NCBI GenBank assembly: GCA_963614875.1
Contig: CAVEFC010000001.1
Span: 99,808 to 163,807 of the forward strand
Source: an uncultured Eubacteriales bacterium
GTDB lineage: Bacteria > Bacillota > Clostridia > Oscillospirales > CAG-272
Direction: 5' to 3'
Length of the DNA: 64,000 nt
Of the stretch, positions 43,749-53,887 are shown one piece after another. The notes under the pieces are model-generated. The model was not told the DNA's origin. It saw only the letters and a list, made by a program, of their open reading frames with translations, and searched no databases. Each line of letters starts with the position of its first letter. The stretch's first letter is position 1. The position numbers and the translations under genes are program-made.

Positions 43749-44344
43749 TTTTCTGCCTCTGCTTTTGATTTTTTCTGACGGCTTATCGCTTCCCGCCAGC
43801 AACGATGGCACATCGCAACGTAGCTGTCATTTCCGCCGAGGAAAACCTGCTCTCCCTCGGTAAGAACGTTGCCGCTTCCGTCAAGCCTTGCGTTTACTAT
43901 CGCCTTTGAGCCGCAACGGCATATCGTTTTTATTTCGGTTATGGAATCCGCCACCTCAAAAAGTCGGCGGCTTCCCGGAAAAAGCTTTGTCCTGAAATCC
44001 GTGCGGAGTCCGAAGCAAAGCACGGGAAGCTCCCTGTCGTTTACAAGATTGCGTAGCTGATCTATCTGCTTTTCCGTGAAAAACTGACATTCGTCGGCAA
44101 TTATAACGTCGCAGTCGCCGTGATTTTTATATTCCTTTTCTATATTCATACCGGCAGGAACAGCCTGCGCCTCAGCCGAAAGTCCTATGCGCGACCGGAC
44201 GGTGCTTTCGCCGTCGCGGTTGTCGGTTGAAGGCTTTATCAGCCATACCTTCATTCCGCGTTCCTCGTAATTGAATTTCGTTATCAGGGCGTTGGCGGTT
44301 TTTGAGCTGCCCATCGCTCCGTATTTGAAATACAGCTTTGCCAT
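43745..44344 (-). CDS. tdk: Thymidine kinase
   Basis: GAMGSSKT P-loop, IADECQFF, and C-terminal zinc motif CRCG...CHRCW. Confidence 0.9.
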   Translation of the reverse strand: MAKLYFKYGAMGSSKTANALITKFNYEERGMKVWLIKPSTDNRDGESTVRSRIGLSAEAQAVPAGMNIEKEYKNHGDCDVIIADECQFFTEKQIDQLRNLVNDRELPVLCFGLRTDFRTKLFPGSRRLFEVADSITEIKTICRCGSKAIVNARLDGSGNVLTEGEQVFLGGNDSYVAMCHRCWREAISRQKKSKAEAEK

Positions 44345-44507
44345 ATTGCGTTCCTTTGCGTTTTTTATTTTACATTCAGATTTTACAATATTTTGCGCCC
44401 GATGTCAACGCGATTTGCAAATTGAACGCAAAATATTTTTTGTTTTTGTTATTGACTTTTTCTTTTGTAAAATATATACTCTTATCCGTAATCGAAAATC
44501 GGCGGTG

Positions 44508-45068
44508 ATGATATTGAGCAAAGCAAAAACAAGCATAAGAACGTGCGTGAATGTCGGCGTTTCGGCGGCAATAATCGCCGTCTGCTCGCAGATAAGCATT
44601 CCGTCGGCTGTGCCGTTCACGATGCAGACGTTTGCGGTGTTTACCGTCGTCGGACTTTTCGGAATGTGGCAGGGAACGTGCGCCGTGGCGATATATATCG
44701 CGCTCGGCGCGCTCGGACTTCCCGTTTTTTCGGGCTTCAAGGGCGGAATAGGCGCTCTTGTCGGAGCGACGGGCGGATATATTTTCGGATTTCTTGCGCT
44801 TGCGCTGATAATGGGCGCAATGATAAAAGCAAAGCCGGATAATATCCCTTGGGCGTTTTTTTCAATGGCAGTCGGACTTTTCGCCTGCTATGCCTTCGGC
44901 AGCGCGTGGTTTTACTTTTTCTACGCCGCAAAGGGCGAGGCAAAAAGCGTCTGGGGAATTCTTCTTTCGTGCGTTTTTCCTTATCTTCTTCCGGACGCGG
45001 CAAAAGCCGCGCTTTCTCAGCTTATCGTCCGCAGATGCAAAAAATATATTAAAAAACAATCCTCATAA
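44508..45068 (+). CDS. bioY: Biotin transporter BioY
   Basis: IPSAVPFTMQTFAVF...GLPVFSGFKGG...GATGGYIFGF, the BioY signature. Start chosen at ATG 44508. Confidence 0.8.
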   Translation: MILSKAKTSIRTCVNVGVSAAIIAVCSQISIPSAVPFTMQTFAVFTVVGLFGMWQGTCAVAIYIALGALGLPVFSGFKGGIGALVGATGGYIFGFLALALIMGAMIKAKPDNIPWAFFSMAVGLFACYAFGSAWFYFFYAAKGEAKSVWGILLSCVFPYLLPDAAKAALSQLIVRRCKKYIKKQSS

Positions 45069-45110
45069 AAAACCGTCCCGCAAAGCTTTTCTGCGGGACG
45101 CTTTTATTTT

Positions 45111-45455
45111 TCAGAACACCACCGTAAGCAGCATTTTGAAGCGCTCCTCGCCGTACACGGCGTGCGGAACGTTTCTCGGCATCACGATGCTTTCTCCCTC
45201 GCAAAGATAATATTCACTGCCGTCGATTGTAAATCTGCCCTTGCCGTCAAGCACTGTCACGAGCGCATCTCCACCCGAGGAATGTGTGCTTATTTCTTCT
45301 CCCTTTTCAAAAGCAAAAAGCGTAAGACTTACGTTTCCGTTCTGGGCAAGAGTTTTGCTCACCACCTGACCGTCTCTGTATTCGACCTCGTTTTTAAGAC
45401 AGAGCTTTGTCTGCTTTTGTATATTTTTTATTGGCGTGCTTTCAAATATTTTCAT
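45111..45455 (-). CDS. Cupin-domain protein
   Basis: 114 aa. GEEISTHSSGGDALVTVLDG...PRNVPHAV is the cupin two-motif pattern. Confidence 0.7.
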   Translation of the reverse strand: MKIFESTPIKNIQKQTKLCLKNEVEYRDGQVVSKTLAQNGNVSLTLFAFEKGEEISTHSSGGDALVTVLDGKGRFTIDGSEYYLCEGESIVMPRNVPHAVYGEERFKMLLTVVF

Positions 45456-45606
45456 AAAAAATTCCGCTCCTTTCAGTGTATTGCAATATTTATTTTACTC
45501 TTTTCGCGAAAAAAATCAATACTTAAGAATTTATATTTGACAATTGACCTTTTGATTTGTTTGTGCTATTATATACTCACAATTCAATTGTTTTTGGGAG
45601 ATGCTT

Positions 45607-46965
45607 ATGAAAATAATTATTGCCGGAAGCGGAAAGGTCGGCTATACGCTTACGCGTCAGCTTTCGTCGGAAGGCTATGATGTCACGGTTATCGACAAGG
45701 ACAGCGACGTGCTTCAGAACGTAATGGAGCATTACGACGTTATGGCTGTGTGCGGTAACTGCGCCACTAAAAGCATACTTGTATCGGCAGGAGCTTCGGA
45801 TGCGGATCTTCTCATAGCCGCAACGGGCGAGGACGAGGTAAATCTTCTCTGCTGTGCCGTGGCTCATAAAATAAATCCCGCCATACATACCATAGCGAGA
45901 ATCCGCAACCCCGAATACAGCGAACAGATATACGGCATGCGCGACGTTTTCGCGCTTTCGATGGCGATAAATCCCGAAAAGCAGGCTGCGCTTGAAATAG
46001 AAAGACTGCTCAAATACCCGGGATTTCTCAATCGCGACACCTTTGCAAAGGGCAAGGTTGAAATAGTCGAGCTTAAAATAGACGCGGAAAGTCCGCTCTG
46101 CAACGTTCCGCTCAAAAAAATGGGCGATATAGTAAAATGCAGAGTGCTTGTGTGCGTTGTCCTCCGCAACGGAGAAGCGATCGCGCCGGACGGCAATTTC
46201 GTCCTTTCCGAAGGCGACAGAATATTCGTCACCGCGCCCGTAAACGAGCTTACCGCGCTTCTTTCCGGACTCGGAATCGTGACGAAAAAGGTTAAAAACG
46301 TAATAATCTGCGGCGGCGGCAGAATAGGCTATTATCTTGCCATGCGACTCAGCCGCGACGGATTTTCGACAAAGATAATCGAAAACGATTACAAAAAATG
46401 CGCCGAAATTTCGGCGGCGCTTCCCGATATTGACGTTATCAACGGCGACGCGTGCAATCACGACCTTCTCAAAAGCGAAGGTATTTCAAAGTGCGACGCG
46501 CTCGTAACGCTCACCGGCTTTGACGAAATGAATATGATAATTTCACTTTACGGAAGAAACAAGGGCGTAAAGCAGACGGTTACAAAGCTTTCAAGGCTGA
46601 AAAACAGCGGCATACTCGGCGATATCCCGCTCGGAAGCGTAATCTGTCCGAACGAGCTTTGCTGCAATACCATAGTTCAGTATGTCCGCGCGATGAAAAA
46701 TCAGACCGGAGCCGCGCTTGCCGTGCATTTCATTGCGGACAGACGCGCCGAAGCGATAGAATTCCGCGTTGACGATTCGACAATTCACTGCGGAGAGCCG
46801 CTCAAAAATCTCAGAACGAAGAAAAACGTGCTTGTTGCGTGCATAACGCGCGGCGGAGAAACGGAAATCCCGAGCGGCGATTCGTTTTATCAGAAGGGCG
46901 ATTCCGTTGTGGTCGTAACGACGGGCACAAACACAATATATCAGCTCAGCGATATCTTTGCGTAA
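45607..46965 (+). CDS. trkA: Trk system potassium uptake protein TrkA
   Basis: Two Rossmann/RCK halves (MKIIIAGSGKVG..., VIICGGGRIGYY...). Start at the ATG after a gggag SD. Confidence 0.85.
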   Translation: MKIIIAGSGKVGYTLTRQLSSEGYDVTVIDKDSDVLQNVMEHYDVMAVCGNCATKSILVSAGASDADLLIAATGEDEVNLLCCAVAHKINPAIHTIARIRNPEYSEQIYGMRDVFALSMAINPEKQAALEIERLLKYPGFLNRDTFAKGKVEIVELKIDAESPLCNVPLKKMGDIVKCRVLVCVVLRNGEAIAPDGNFVLSEGDRIFVTAPVNELTALLSGLGIVTKKVKNVIICGGGRIGYYLAMRLSRDGFSTKIIENDYKKCAEISAALPDIDVINGDACNHDLLKSEGISKCDALVTLTGFDEMNMIISLYGRNKGVKQTVTKLSRLKNSGILGDIPLGSVICPNELCCNTIVQYVRAMKNQTGAALAVHFIADRRAEAIEFRVDDSTIHCGEPLKNLRTKKNVLVACITRGGETEIPSGDSFYQKGDSVVVVTTGTNTIYQLSDIFA

Positions 46966-46977
46966 AAGAGGCGGGAT

Positions 46978-48432
46978 ATGAACTACAAAGTAATAGGTAA
47001 GATAATTTCTCAGATACTTGCCATAGAAGCCGCGCTTATGCTGCCTGCGGTAATCATAAGCGTGTGCGACGGAGAAACAAACGCGGCGAAGGCTTTTCTT
47101 CTGACAATGGGCATAACGTTTGTTTTCAGCGGAATATTTGCGCTTTTGTCACGCAATGCGAAAAAGGGCTTTTATGCAAGAGAGGGCCTTGTCTGCGTCG
47201 GACTCGGCTGGATATTTTTAAGTCTTTTCGGTTGTCTGCCGTTTGTCATTTCCGGAGAAATACCTCATTTTGTCGACGCGCTTTTTGAAATAGTTTCCGG
47301 CTTTACGACAACAGGCTCATCAATTCTCGAAAACGTCGAGCTGCTTACAAGAGGTATGCTTTACTGGAGAAGCTTCAGCCATTGGCTCGGCGGAATGGGC
47401 GTGCTTGTATTCATTCTCGCCGTGCTTCCCAAAAGCAAGGACAGCGGCGGATTTTCGCTTCATCTGCTGAAAGCCGAAAGCCCGGGGCCCGACGTCGGAA
47501 AGCTTATGCCAAAGCTCGGTCAGACGGCGCTCACGCTTTATTCCATATACATAGGTCTGACCATTATAAATTTCGTTGCGCTCATAATCGCAAAAATGCC
47601 TTGGTTTGACGCGCTCTGCACGACGTTCGGAACGGCAGGCACGGGCGGCTTCGGAATAAAGGTTGACAGTATGGCAGGCTATTCGCCCGCGATACAGATA
47701 ATTACCACTGTATTTATGCTGCTTTTCGGCGTAAATTTCAACTGCTATTACTGGCTTTTGCTCCGCAATTTCAGAAGCGTTTTCAAAAACGAAGAGCTAA
47801 GGCTCTATCTCGGATCGTTTGTCGCGGCGACGGCTCTCATCACGATAAACACTCTGAAAATGTTCTCCTCCGTCGGAGAAGGACTTCGCCACGCGGCTTT
47901 TCAGGTGTCGAGCATAATGACAACCACCGGCTTTGCAACGACAGACTTCAATAATTGGCCGGCATTTTCAAAGGCTGTAATTCTTCTGCTTATGATAATG
48001 GGCGCCTGCGCCGGAAGCACCGGCGGCGGCTTCAAATGCGCGCGCGTGCTTATAATTTTCAAAAATCTGAAAAGAAACATAAAGAAAATGCTTCATCCTC
48101 AGAGCGTGCAGATTATCCGCGCGGACGGAGAGCCCCTGCGCGAAAGCGTTGTCGAAGGCACAAACGTTTATCTTATCGCTTATTCTTTTATCGCCGTGGC
48201 AAGCTTTCTTATAGTTTCAATCGACGGTTTTTCCGTCGAAACAAACCTTTCGGCTGTCCTTTCGTGCTTCAACAATATAGGTCCTGGACTTGACGTCGTC
48301 GGTCCTATGGGGAATTTCTCCGGCTACGGAATTTTTTCAAAGCTTGTGCTGACGCTCGATATGCTTGCCGGCAGACTTGAAATATTCCCCATTCTCGTGC
48401 TTTTCTCGGGCAGAACGTGGAAAGCTCACTGA
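46978..48432 (+). CDS. trkH: TrkH-family potassium uptake membrane protein
   Basis: 484 aa and polytopic, with repeated selectivity-filter-like motifs (SGFTTTGSS, TAGTGGFG, MTTTGFAT, GSTGGGFK). Confidence 0.85.
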   Translation: MNYKVIGKIISQILAIEAALMLPAVIISVCDGETNAAKAFLLTMGITFVFSGIFALLSRNAKKGFYAREGLVCVGLGWIFLSLFGCLPFVISGEIPHFVDALFEIVSGFTTTGSSILENVELLTRGMLYWRSFSHWLGGMGVLVFILAVLPKSKDSGGFSLHLLKAESPGPDVGKLMPKLGQTALTLYSIYIGLTIINFVALIIAKMPWFDALCTTFGTAGTGGFGIKVDSMAGYSPAIQIITTVFMLLFGVNFNCYYWLLLRNFRSVFKNEELRLYLGSFVAATALITINTLKMFSSVGEGLRHAAFQVSSIMTTTGFATTDFNNWPAFSKAVILLLMIMGACAGSTGGGFKCARVLIIFKNLKRNIKKMLHPQSVQIIRADGEPLRESVVEGTNVYLIAYSFIAVASFLIVSIDGFSVETNLSAVLSCFNNIGPGLDVVGPMGNFSGYGIFSKLVLTLDMLAGRLEIFPILVLFSGRTWKAH

Positions 48433-48456
48433 TCTGAAAAGGAAGGTACTGCGGTT

Positions 48457-49401
48457 TTGATTTTTTATATAATCGCCGGAATATTGCTGTTTATAATCAT
48501 TGCTTATGCGGTTTTTATCGCCGCTACGTTTCATATGGCGGTCGGCCGCGCCGATAATTTTCCGGATATTTTTTCCGAAAACAGCGCAAAAGAGCTGCAC
48601 ATAAACGAAAAATTTCTTCCCGAAATACGCAGGGGCGCGGAATTTATAAAAAGTCTGCCGTCCGAAGACGTTTTTATCGTAAGCTATGACGGTCTTCGTC
48701 TGTACGGAAGGCTGCTTTGCGCGGAAAACGCGAAAGCCACGGTTATTCTTTTTCACGGGTTCCGTTCGTTTCCCGAATTTGAATTTGCAAACGTGGCTGA
48801 AAAATATCATAATATGGGGTATAATCTTCTGCTTGTCACTCAGCGCGCTCACGGAAAAAGCGAAGGAAAATATATCACCTTCGGACTTAAAGAGCGGTTT
48901 GACTGCGTAAAATGGGCAGAATACATCGCAGGGCGCTTTCCGTCCCTGCCGATAGTGCTTGAAGGGCTTTCGATGGGCGCGACAACCGTGCTTATGGCAA
49001 GCAATCTTGACCTGCCGAAAAACGTGAAATGCATAATCGCCGACTGCGGCTTTACCTCGCCGAAGGAAATTTTCGATCACGTTGCGAAAAATATGTATCA
49101 TCTTCCGCCCGCGCTTTGCGTGCCGGCATTCGCATATCTTTTCGGAAAGGAAACGGGGCTCAAAGCCGACAGCTTTTCAACCGTTGACGCGCTCGGAAAA
49201 ACCTCTTTGCCCGTGCTTTTCATTCACGGTGAAGCCGATAACTTTGTCCCCTGCGAAATGTCGCGCAGCGGCGCTGAGGCGTGCGCTTCGGAGCATACTA
49301 TCGTAACTGTTCCCGGCGCTTCGCACGGAAGAAGCTACCTTGTAGACCGCGAAAAATGCGACAAAGCCCTCGACACTTTTCTTGATAAATATGTGGGATA
49401 A
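48457..49401 (+). CDS. Alpha/beta hydrolase with N-terminal membrane anchor
   Basis: HGFRS, nucleophile elbow GLSMGA, and C-terminal IHGEADNFVP...SH. Confidence 0.7.
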   Translation: MIFYIIAGILLFIIIAYAVFIAATFHMAVGRADNFPDIFSENSAKELHINEKFLPEIRRGAEFIKSLPSEDVFIVSYDGLRLYGRLLCAENAKATVILFHGFRSFPEFEFANVAEKYHNMGYNLLLVTQRAHGKSEGKYITFGLKERFDCVKWAEYIAGRFPSLPIVLEGLSMGATTVLMASNLDLPKNVKCIIADCGFTSPKEIFDHVAKNMYHLPPALCVPAFAYLFGKETGLKADSFSTVDALGKTSLPVLFIHGEADNFVPCEMSRSGAEACASEHTIVTVPGASHGRSYLVDREKCDKALDTFLDKYVG

Positions 49402-49403
49402 AA

Positions 49404-49438
49404 CAAAAAAACCGCTCGGACGAGCGGTTTTTGTTTTT
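49404..49438. terminator. Bidirectional intrinsic terminator
   Basis: AAAAAAACCGCTC-ggac-GAGCGGTTTTTGTTTTTTT between convergent genes. Confidence 0.8.
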
Positions 49439-51517
49439 TTATTCTTCTGCGTTTGCTTTTGCATCGGCAATTATCTTGTCGGCAACCATCGGAGGAACGT
49501 CCTCATAGCGTTCAAACTTCATTGTATAAGTTCCTCTGCCCTGAGTAATGGCGCGGAGCTGAATTGCAAAGTCTGACATTTCGGCTATCGGAGCTTCGGC
49601 TTCAAGCATCTGCTCACCTTTTCTTTCGGTGGGAGTCATTCCGAGAACTCTGCCGCGACGCTTTGTAAATGCGGACATTATATCGCCGAGCATTTCGGAG
49701 GGAGCATAAACCTTTACGTTTGCAACAGGCTCAAGAAGAACGGGGTTGGCTTTCATAAGGCCTTCCTTGTATGCAAGAGAGGCTGCTATCTTGAACGCCA
49801 TTTCCGAAGAGTCAACGGGGTGATATGAACCGTCGTAAAGGTCGGCTTTCAGGTAAACAACGGGGTAGCCTGCAAGAACGCCCTTCTGCATCGATTCGAG
49901 AAGTCCTTTTTCGACTGCGGGGTTGAAGTTCTTCGGTACGGTGCCGCCGACAACGGATACTTCAAAGGTAAGACCTTCCGTTTCGCCGGGAGAGAAGCGT
50001 ATATGAACGTCGCCGTACTGACCGTGACCGCCGGACTGCTTCTTGTGCTTGCCCTGAACGTCGCTGCGACCTCTGATCGTTTCTCTGTAAGCAACTCTCG
50101 GCTGTTCGAGATCAACCGATACACCGAAGCGCGATTTGAGCTTTGAAACGATTACGTCTATGTGTATATCGCCCTGTCCCGAAACGAGCATCTGCTTTGT
50201 TTCGGCATTGTTTTCATATTTGATTGAGGGATCTTCTTCTATAAGTCTTGCTATACCCTGCGCGATCTTGTCCTCTTCGCCCTTGCCCTTGGATACTATC
50301 GCTCTCTGATAGAAGGATTCGGGATATACTATCTTCTTGTAGGGCTTTGCGTTGGGCTCGGCGGAAAGCGTATCGTTTGTGTTGGTGTTTGCAAGCTTTG
50401 CGGTAACGCCTATATCGCCGCAGCAAAGCGTATCGACCTCTGTCTGCTTCTTTCCGCAGATTGTATAAATGTGCGCGAATTTTTCCGTCTGATCGGTTCT
50501 GAGGTTTTTAAGCTCGGTGCCGCTCTTGAGCTCACCGCTCATAACCTTGAAGAACGACATTTTTCCCACGAACGGATCGGCAATCGTCTTGAATACGAAT
50601 ATCGAAGGCTCGCCCGTTTCGGACATTGTCTTTTCGTGCTCCGTGCCGTCGTCATCGACAACGATTTCACCCTTGTGGAAGAGCGGATTCGGGAACGTGC
50701 CGACGATGAAATCCATAAGAGATTCTATTCCGCAGAGGTTTGTTGCGGAGCCGCAGAATACGGGCGCTATCGTGCCTGTACGAACGCCTTCGTGAACGGC
50801 TTTCATTGCTTCCTCTCTTGAAATTTCCTCTCCGCCGAAGTATTTTTCCATAAGATCGTCGCTTGTTTCCGCAATGGACTCCATAAGCATCGTATGGAAT
50901 TTTTCAATTCTTTCGTTGTTTTCCTCGGGAATTTCGATTTCCTTGCCAGCGTTGCCCTTTCCGAAGCCGAACGCCTTCATATCTATAAGGTCAAGCAGAC
51001 CTACGATGCTGTCGCCCTTGAGAACGGGAATGACAACGGGACATACGCTGTTTCCGAACATTTCGTGAAGCTCTTTGAAAACGTGACCGAAGCGCGCTTC
51101 GGGATCGTCGCACTTGTTGATGAAGAACGCTCTCGGAACGTGACGGTCGGTTACGTTTCTCCACGCAATTTCCGTGCCGACTTCAACGCCGGCTTTTGCG
51201 TTTACAACTATAAGAGCCGCGCCCGTAACACGAAGCGCCTGAACGACCTCGCCGGAAAAATCAAGATATCCGGGAGTGTCGATTATGTTTATTTTCGTGC
51301 CTTTATAATTTACCGGAGCAATCGATGCCGAAAGAGAGAAGCCGCGCTTGATCTCTTCGGGATCGTAATCGCAGACGGTGTTGCCGTCAGTAGGATTGCC
51401 CAGACGGTCTGTTCCTTTCGTAAGATAAAGCATTGCCTCCGCAAGCGAAGTTTTACCGTCGGCGCTGTGACCGAGAAGGCATACGTTGCGAATGTCTTTT
51501 GTAAGTACTTTTCCCAT
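49439..51517 (-). CDS. Elongation factor G family GTPase (stand-alone paralogue)
   Basis: G1 GHSADGKTS, G3 DTPGYLDF, G4 NKCD, and EF-G domains II-V. Not in an rpsL-rpsG-fusA context. Confidence 0.8.
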   Translation of the reverse strand: MGKVLTKDIRNVCLLGHSADGKTSLAEAMLYLTKGTDRLGNPTDGNTVCDYDPEEIKRGFSLSASIAPVNYKGTKINIIDTPGYLDFSGEVVQALRVTGAALIVVNAKAGVEVGTEIAWRNVTDRHVPRAFFINKCDDPEARFGHVFKELHEMFGNSVCPVVIPVLKGDSIVGLLDLIDMKAFGFGKGNAGKEIEIPEENNERIEKFHTMLMESIAETSDDLMEKYFGGEEISREEAMKAVHEGVRTGTIAPVFCGSATNLCGIESLMDFIVGTFPNPLFHKGEIVVDDDGTEHEKTMSETGEPSIFVFKTIADPFVGKMSFFKVMSGELKSGTELKNLRTDQTEKFAHIYTICGKKQTEVDTLCCGDIGVTAKLANTNTNDTLSAEPNAKPYKKIVYPESFYQRAIVSKGKGEEDKIAQGIARLIEEDPSIKYENNAETKQMLVSGQGDIHIDVIVSKLKSRFGVSVDLEQPRVAYRETIRGRSDVQGKHKKQSGGHGQYGDVHIRFSPGETEGLTFEVSVVGGTVPKNFNPAVEKGLLESMQKGVLAGYPVVYLKADLYDGSYHPVDSSEMAFKIAASLAYKEGLMKANPVLLEPVANVKVYAPSEMLGDIMSAFTKRRGRVLGMTPTERKGEQMLEAEAPIAEMSDFAIQLRAITQGRGTYTMKFERYEDVPPMVADKIIADAKANAEE

Positions 51518-51875
51518 ATATCTACTCCTTGAATAATATTGTTTAGTTCGCTTTTCCGTCTTTTTGAACAGAATTACAAAAATTCAACATATATATTATA
51601 TAACTTTTGTTAGAAATTATCAAGATAAATTTGATTTTTTAACATTCGGCATATTGGCAGAAAAAGATATTTTATATTTGTGAAATATTTACATAATCCC
51701 GCCCTTTTCCGCGATTTTCAAAGCAAAAACCCGTATTTATGTCTCTGCGTGCGCTTTTGCGGTATAATATCGCGCACAGAAGAAATAATACCTTTGTTTA
51801 CATTCTTTCTATTGACAAAGAAGAAACCGGAAGCTATAATATGATTGCAAAAATATTTACGGAGGTAAAGCTGTA

Positions 51876-52079
51876 ATGGAGATCACAAAGCAATCGGTAA
51901 TAGGCGATGTTCTTGACTTCGCTCCCGAAACGGCTGAATTCTTTTTTGAAATCGGTATGCACTGTCTCGGATGCCCCATGTCGAGAGGCGAAACAATAGA
52001 GCAGGCGTGCGCCGTTCACGGCACTGACGCGGACGAGCTTGTCAAAAAGCTCAAAGCGGCTGTTGCGGACAAAAAATAA
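51876..52079 (+). CDS. DUF1858-type small protein (hybrid-cluster-associated redox disulfide domain)
   Basis: 67 aa. IGDVLDFAPETAEFFFEIGMHCLGCPMSRGETIEQAC is the characteristic motif. Confidence 0.7.
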   Translation: MEITKQSVIGDVLDFAPETAEFFFEIGMHCLGCPMSRGETIEQACAVHGTDADELVKKLKAAVADKK

Positions 52080-52146
52080 TTTTCAAAAGCAGAAGGCTTC
52101 CCCCGATTCCGCAAGGTTACCGGGGGAAAACTTTTAAGGGAGCGTT

Positions 52147-52836
52147 ATGACAAATTTTCAAAAGCCCGATCCGCGCCTTTTTGCAGCGGCGAAGCTTGTG
52201 CGCGGCGACTTTATAATAGACGTCGGGACAGACCACGCGATTCTTCCCGTGTATCTGTGCCTTTCGGGAAAAATATCACGGGCGATAGCCTCGGACATAA
52301 ACCGCGGTCCGCTTGAGCGCGCAAAAAAGAATATTGAAAGAAACGGTCTTTCGGATAAGATAGAAGCCGTGCTTACCGCCGGTCTTTGCGGACTTGACGA
52401 CCGCTCTCCCACCGATATAGTTATCGCCGGAATGGGCGGAATAATGATAAAGGATATAATTTCCACGTCCGCGCTTGCAAAAAAAGCGCACCTTGTTCTT
52501 CAGCCGATGACTCACGCCCATATTCTGCGCGGATATCTCACGGAAAACGGCTTTGACATCTGCGAGGAGCGTCTTGCCCGTGCTGACGGCAGAGTTTACG
52601 TTATAATATCGGCGCAGTATACGGGAAAGGGCTGCGATTATTCCGAAGCGGAGCTTTATTCGGGACGCTTTACGGATGAATACAAAAGCAAAAACTCCGC
52701 GCTTTGCTCGGAGCATTACGAAAAACTGCTTTCTACGCTCAAAAAGAAAACCGAGCTCGGCGGCGACGAAAAAGCCGCAGTGCTTTACGCAAAAATAAAC
52801 GAAATGAAAAAGGAGCTGCCATTATGTCAACAGTAA
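52147..52836 (+). CDS. trmK: tRNA (adenine22-N1)-methyltransferase
   Basis: DVGTDHAILPVYL...ASDINRGPLERA...IAGMGG pattern of the TrmK/YqfN family. Confidence 0.75.
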   Translation: MTNFQKPDPRLFAAAKLVRGDFIIDVGTDHAILPVYLCLSGKISRAIASDINRGPLERAKKNIERNGLSDKIEAVLTAGLCGLDDRSPTDIVIAGMGGIMIKDIISTSALAKKAHLVLQPMTHAHILRGYLTENGFDICEERLARADGRVYVIISAQYTGKGCDYSEAELYSGRFTDEYKSKNSALCSEHYEKLLSTLKKKTELGGDEKAAVLYAKINEMKKELPLCQQ

Positions 52837-53597
52837 AGGATATTTATTCATACCTTGACGGACTTTATCCCCGCTCGCTTTCGTGCGAATGGGACAACGA
52901 CGGACTTATGGTCTGTCCCGATTCAGAAAAGGAAGTAAAAAAGGTGCTGCTTGCGCTCGACGTCACGCAAAGGGTGGCAGACGAAGCGATAAGCGGCGGC
53001 TTTGACCTTATAATATCGCACCATCCTCTTATTTTCCGTCCGCTCCGTCAGCTTTCGGAGGAATATGCCGGAGCGCTTATCCCTATGAAGCTGTTTTCCG
53101 CGGGAATTTCCGTGATCAGCCTTCATACGCGCTTTGACGCCGGCGAAGGCGGAATAAACGATACTCTCGCCGCGCTTCTCGGTCTTGACGTTATCTCCGC
53201 TTTCGGTTCGGAGGGCGAAAAATGCGGCAGACTTTGCATAGCCTCAGAAACAACGGCGCACGGACTATGCGAAAAAATAAAGGAAACGCTCGGCGCGCCG
53301 TGCGTGCTTTGCGGAAATCCCGAAAAGGAAATCCGCACGGCAGCGCTTCTCGGCGGCGACGGAAAAAGCTTTATAAGCGAAGCGATAAAGGTCGGCGCCG
53401 ACGCCTTTGTGACGGGAGCGTCGGGCTATAATGCCGCGCTCGAAGCCGCAGACAGAGGTCTTGCCGTTATCGACGCGGGACACTATCACACGGAATTTCT
53501 TCCGCTCGTGACGAAAATGAAATCGCTTTTTTCGTCCGCCTTTGCGGATGTTTCCGTCACGGTATCGGGCGCGGGCTGTGAAATTTCGTGCTTTTAA
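52824..53597 (+). CDS. Nif3-like dinuclear metal centre protein
   Basis: ATG 52824 (aaaaggag SD, overlaps the trmK end). Contains WDNDGL...ISHHPLIF...HT..D and the conserved trmK-nif3 gene pair. Confidence 0.8.
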   Translation: MSTVKDIYSYLDGLYPRSLSCEWDNDGLMVCPDSEKEVKKVLLALDVTQRVADEAISGGFDLIISHHPLIFRPLRQLSEEYAGALIPMKLFSAGISVISLHTRFDAGEGGINDTLAALLGLDVISAFGSEGEKCGRLCIASETTAHGLCEKIKETLGAPCVLCGNPEKEIRTAALLGGDGKSFISEAIKVGADAFVTGASGYNAALEAADRGLAVIDAGHYHTEFLPLVTKMKSLFSSAFADVSVTVSGAGCEISCF

Positions 53598-53639
53598 GCC
53601 CTGAATTGTTACAGTTGTGTTTCAGGCGGAAAATGTGTA

Positions 53640-53668
53640 TTGACAAACCGTAAATATAATATTACAAT
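53640..53668 (+). promoter_or_regulatory. Promoter of the ABC exporter leader
   Basis: TTGACA, 17 nt, TACAAT. Confidence 0.5.
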
Positions 53669-53716
53669 AATAAATACGGTTTTTGCCGTAATATCGGAAA
53701 AAAGGGAGGTGCCACA

Positions 53717-53788
53717 ATGGACAAAGCAAGTGCAAAATCAAAGTTTTTATCGCAGGGTATGATAGGCGCCTTCGGAACGGATTTCTGA
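53717..53788 (+). CDS. 23-aa leader peptide MDKASAKSKFLSQGMIGAFGTDF
   Basis: Strong SD AAAGGGAGG 7 nt upstream. Followed by two hairpins, the second a terminator, upstream of a heterodimeric ABC exporter. Confidence 0.5.
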   Translation: MDKASAKSKFLSQGMIGAFGTDF

Positions 53789-53812
53789 AAGCACATATCT
53801 TTACGTGCTATC

Positions 53813-53839
53813 GGCGCAGCCCTACGGCTGCGCCTTTTT
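53813..53839 (+). terminator. Intrinsic terminator in the ABC exporter leader
   Basis: GGCGCAGCC-ctac-GGCTGCGCC-TTTTT. Preceded by the hairpin AGCAC..GTGCT (53790-53809). Confidence 0.7.
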
Positions 53840-53887
53840 CATACGCGCACGAAAGTGCAAAAAAATTTTCATCACAGGTAATTTTTT

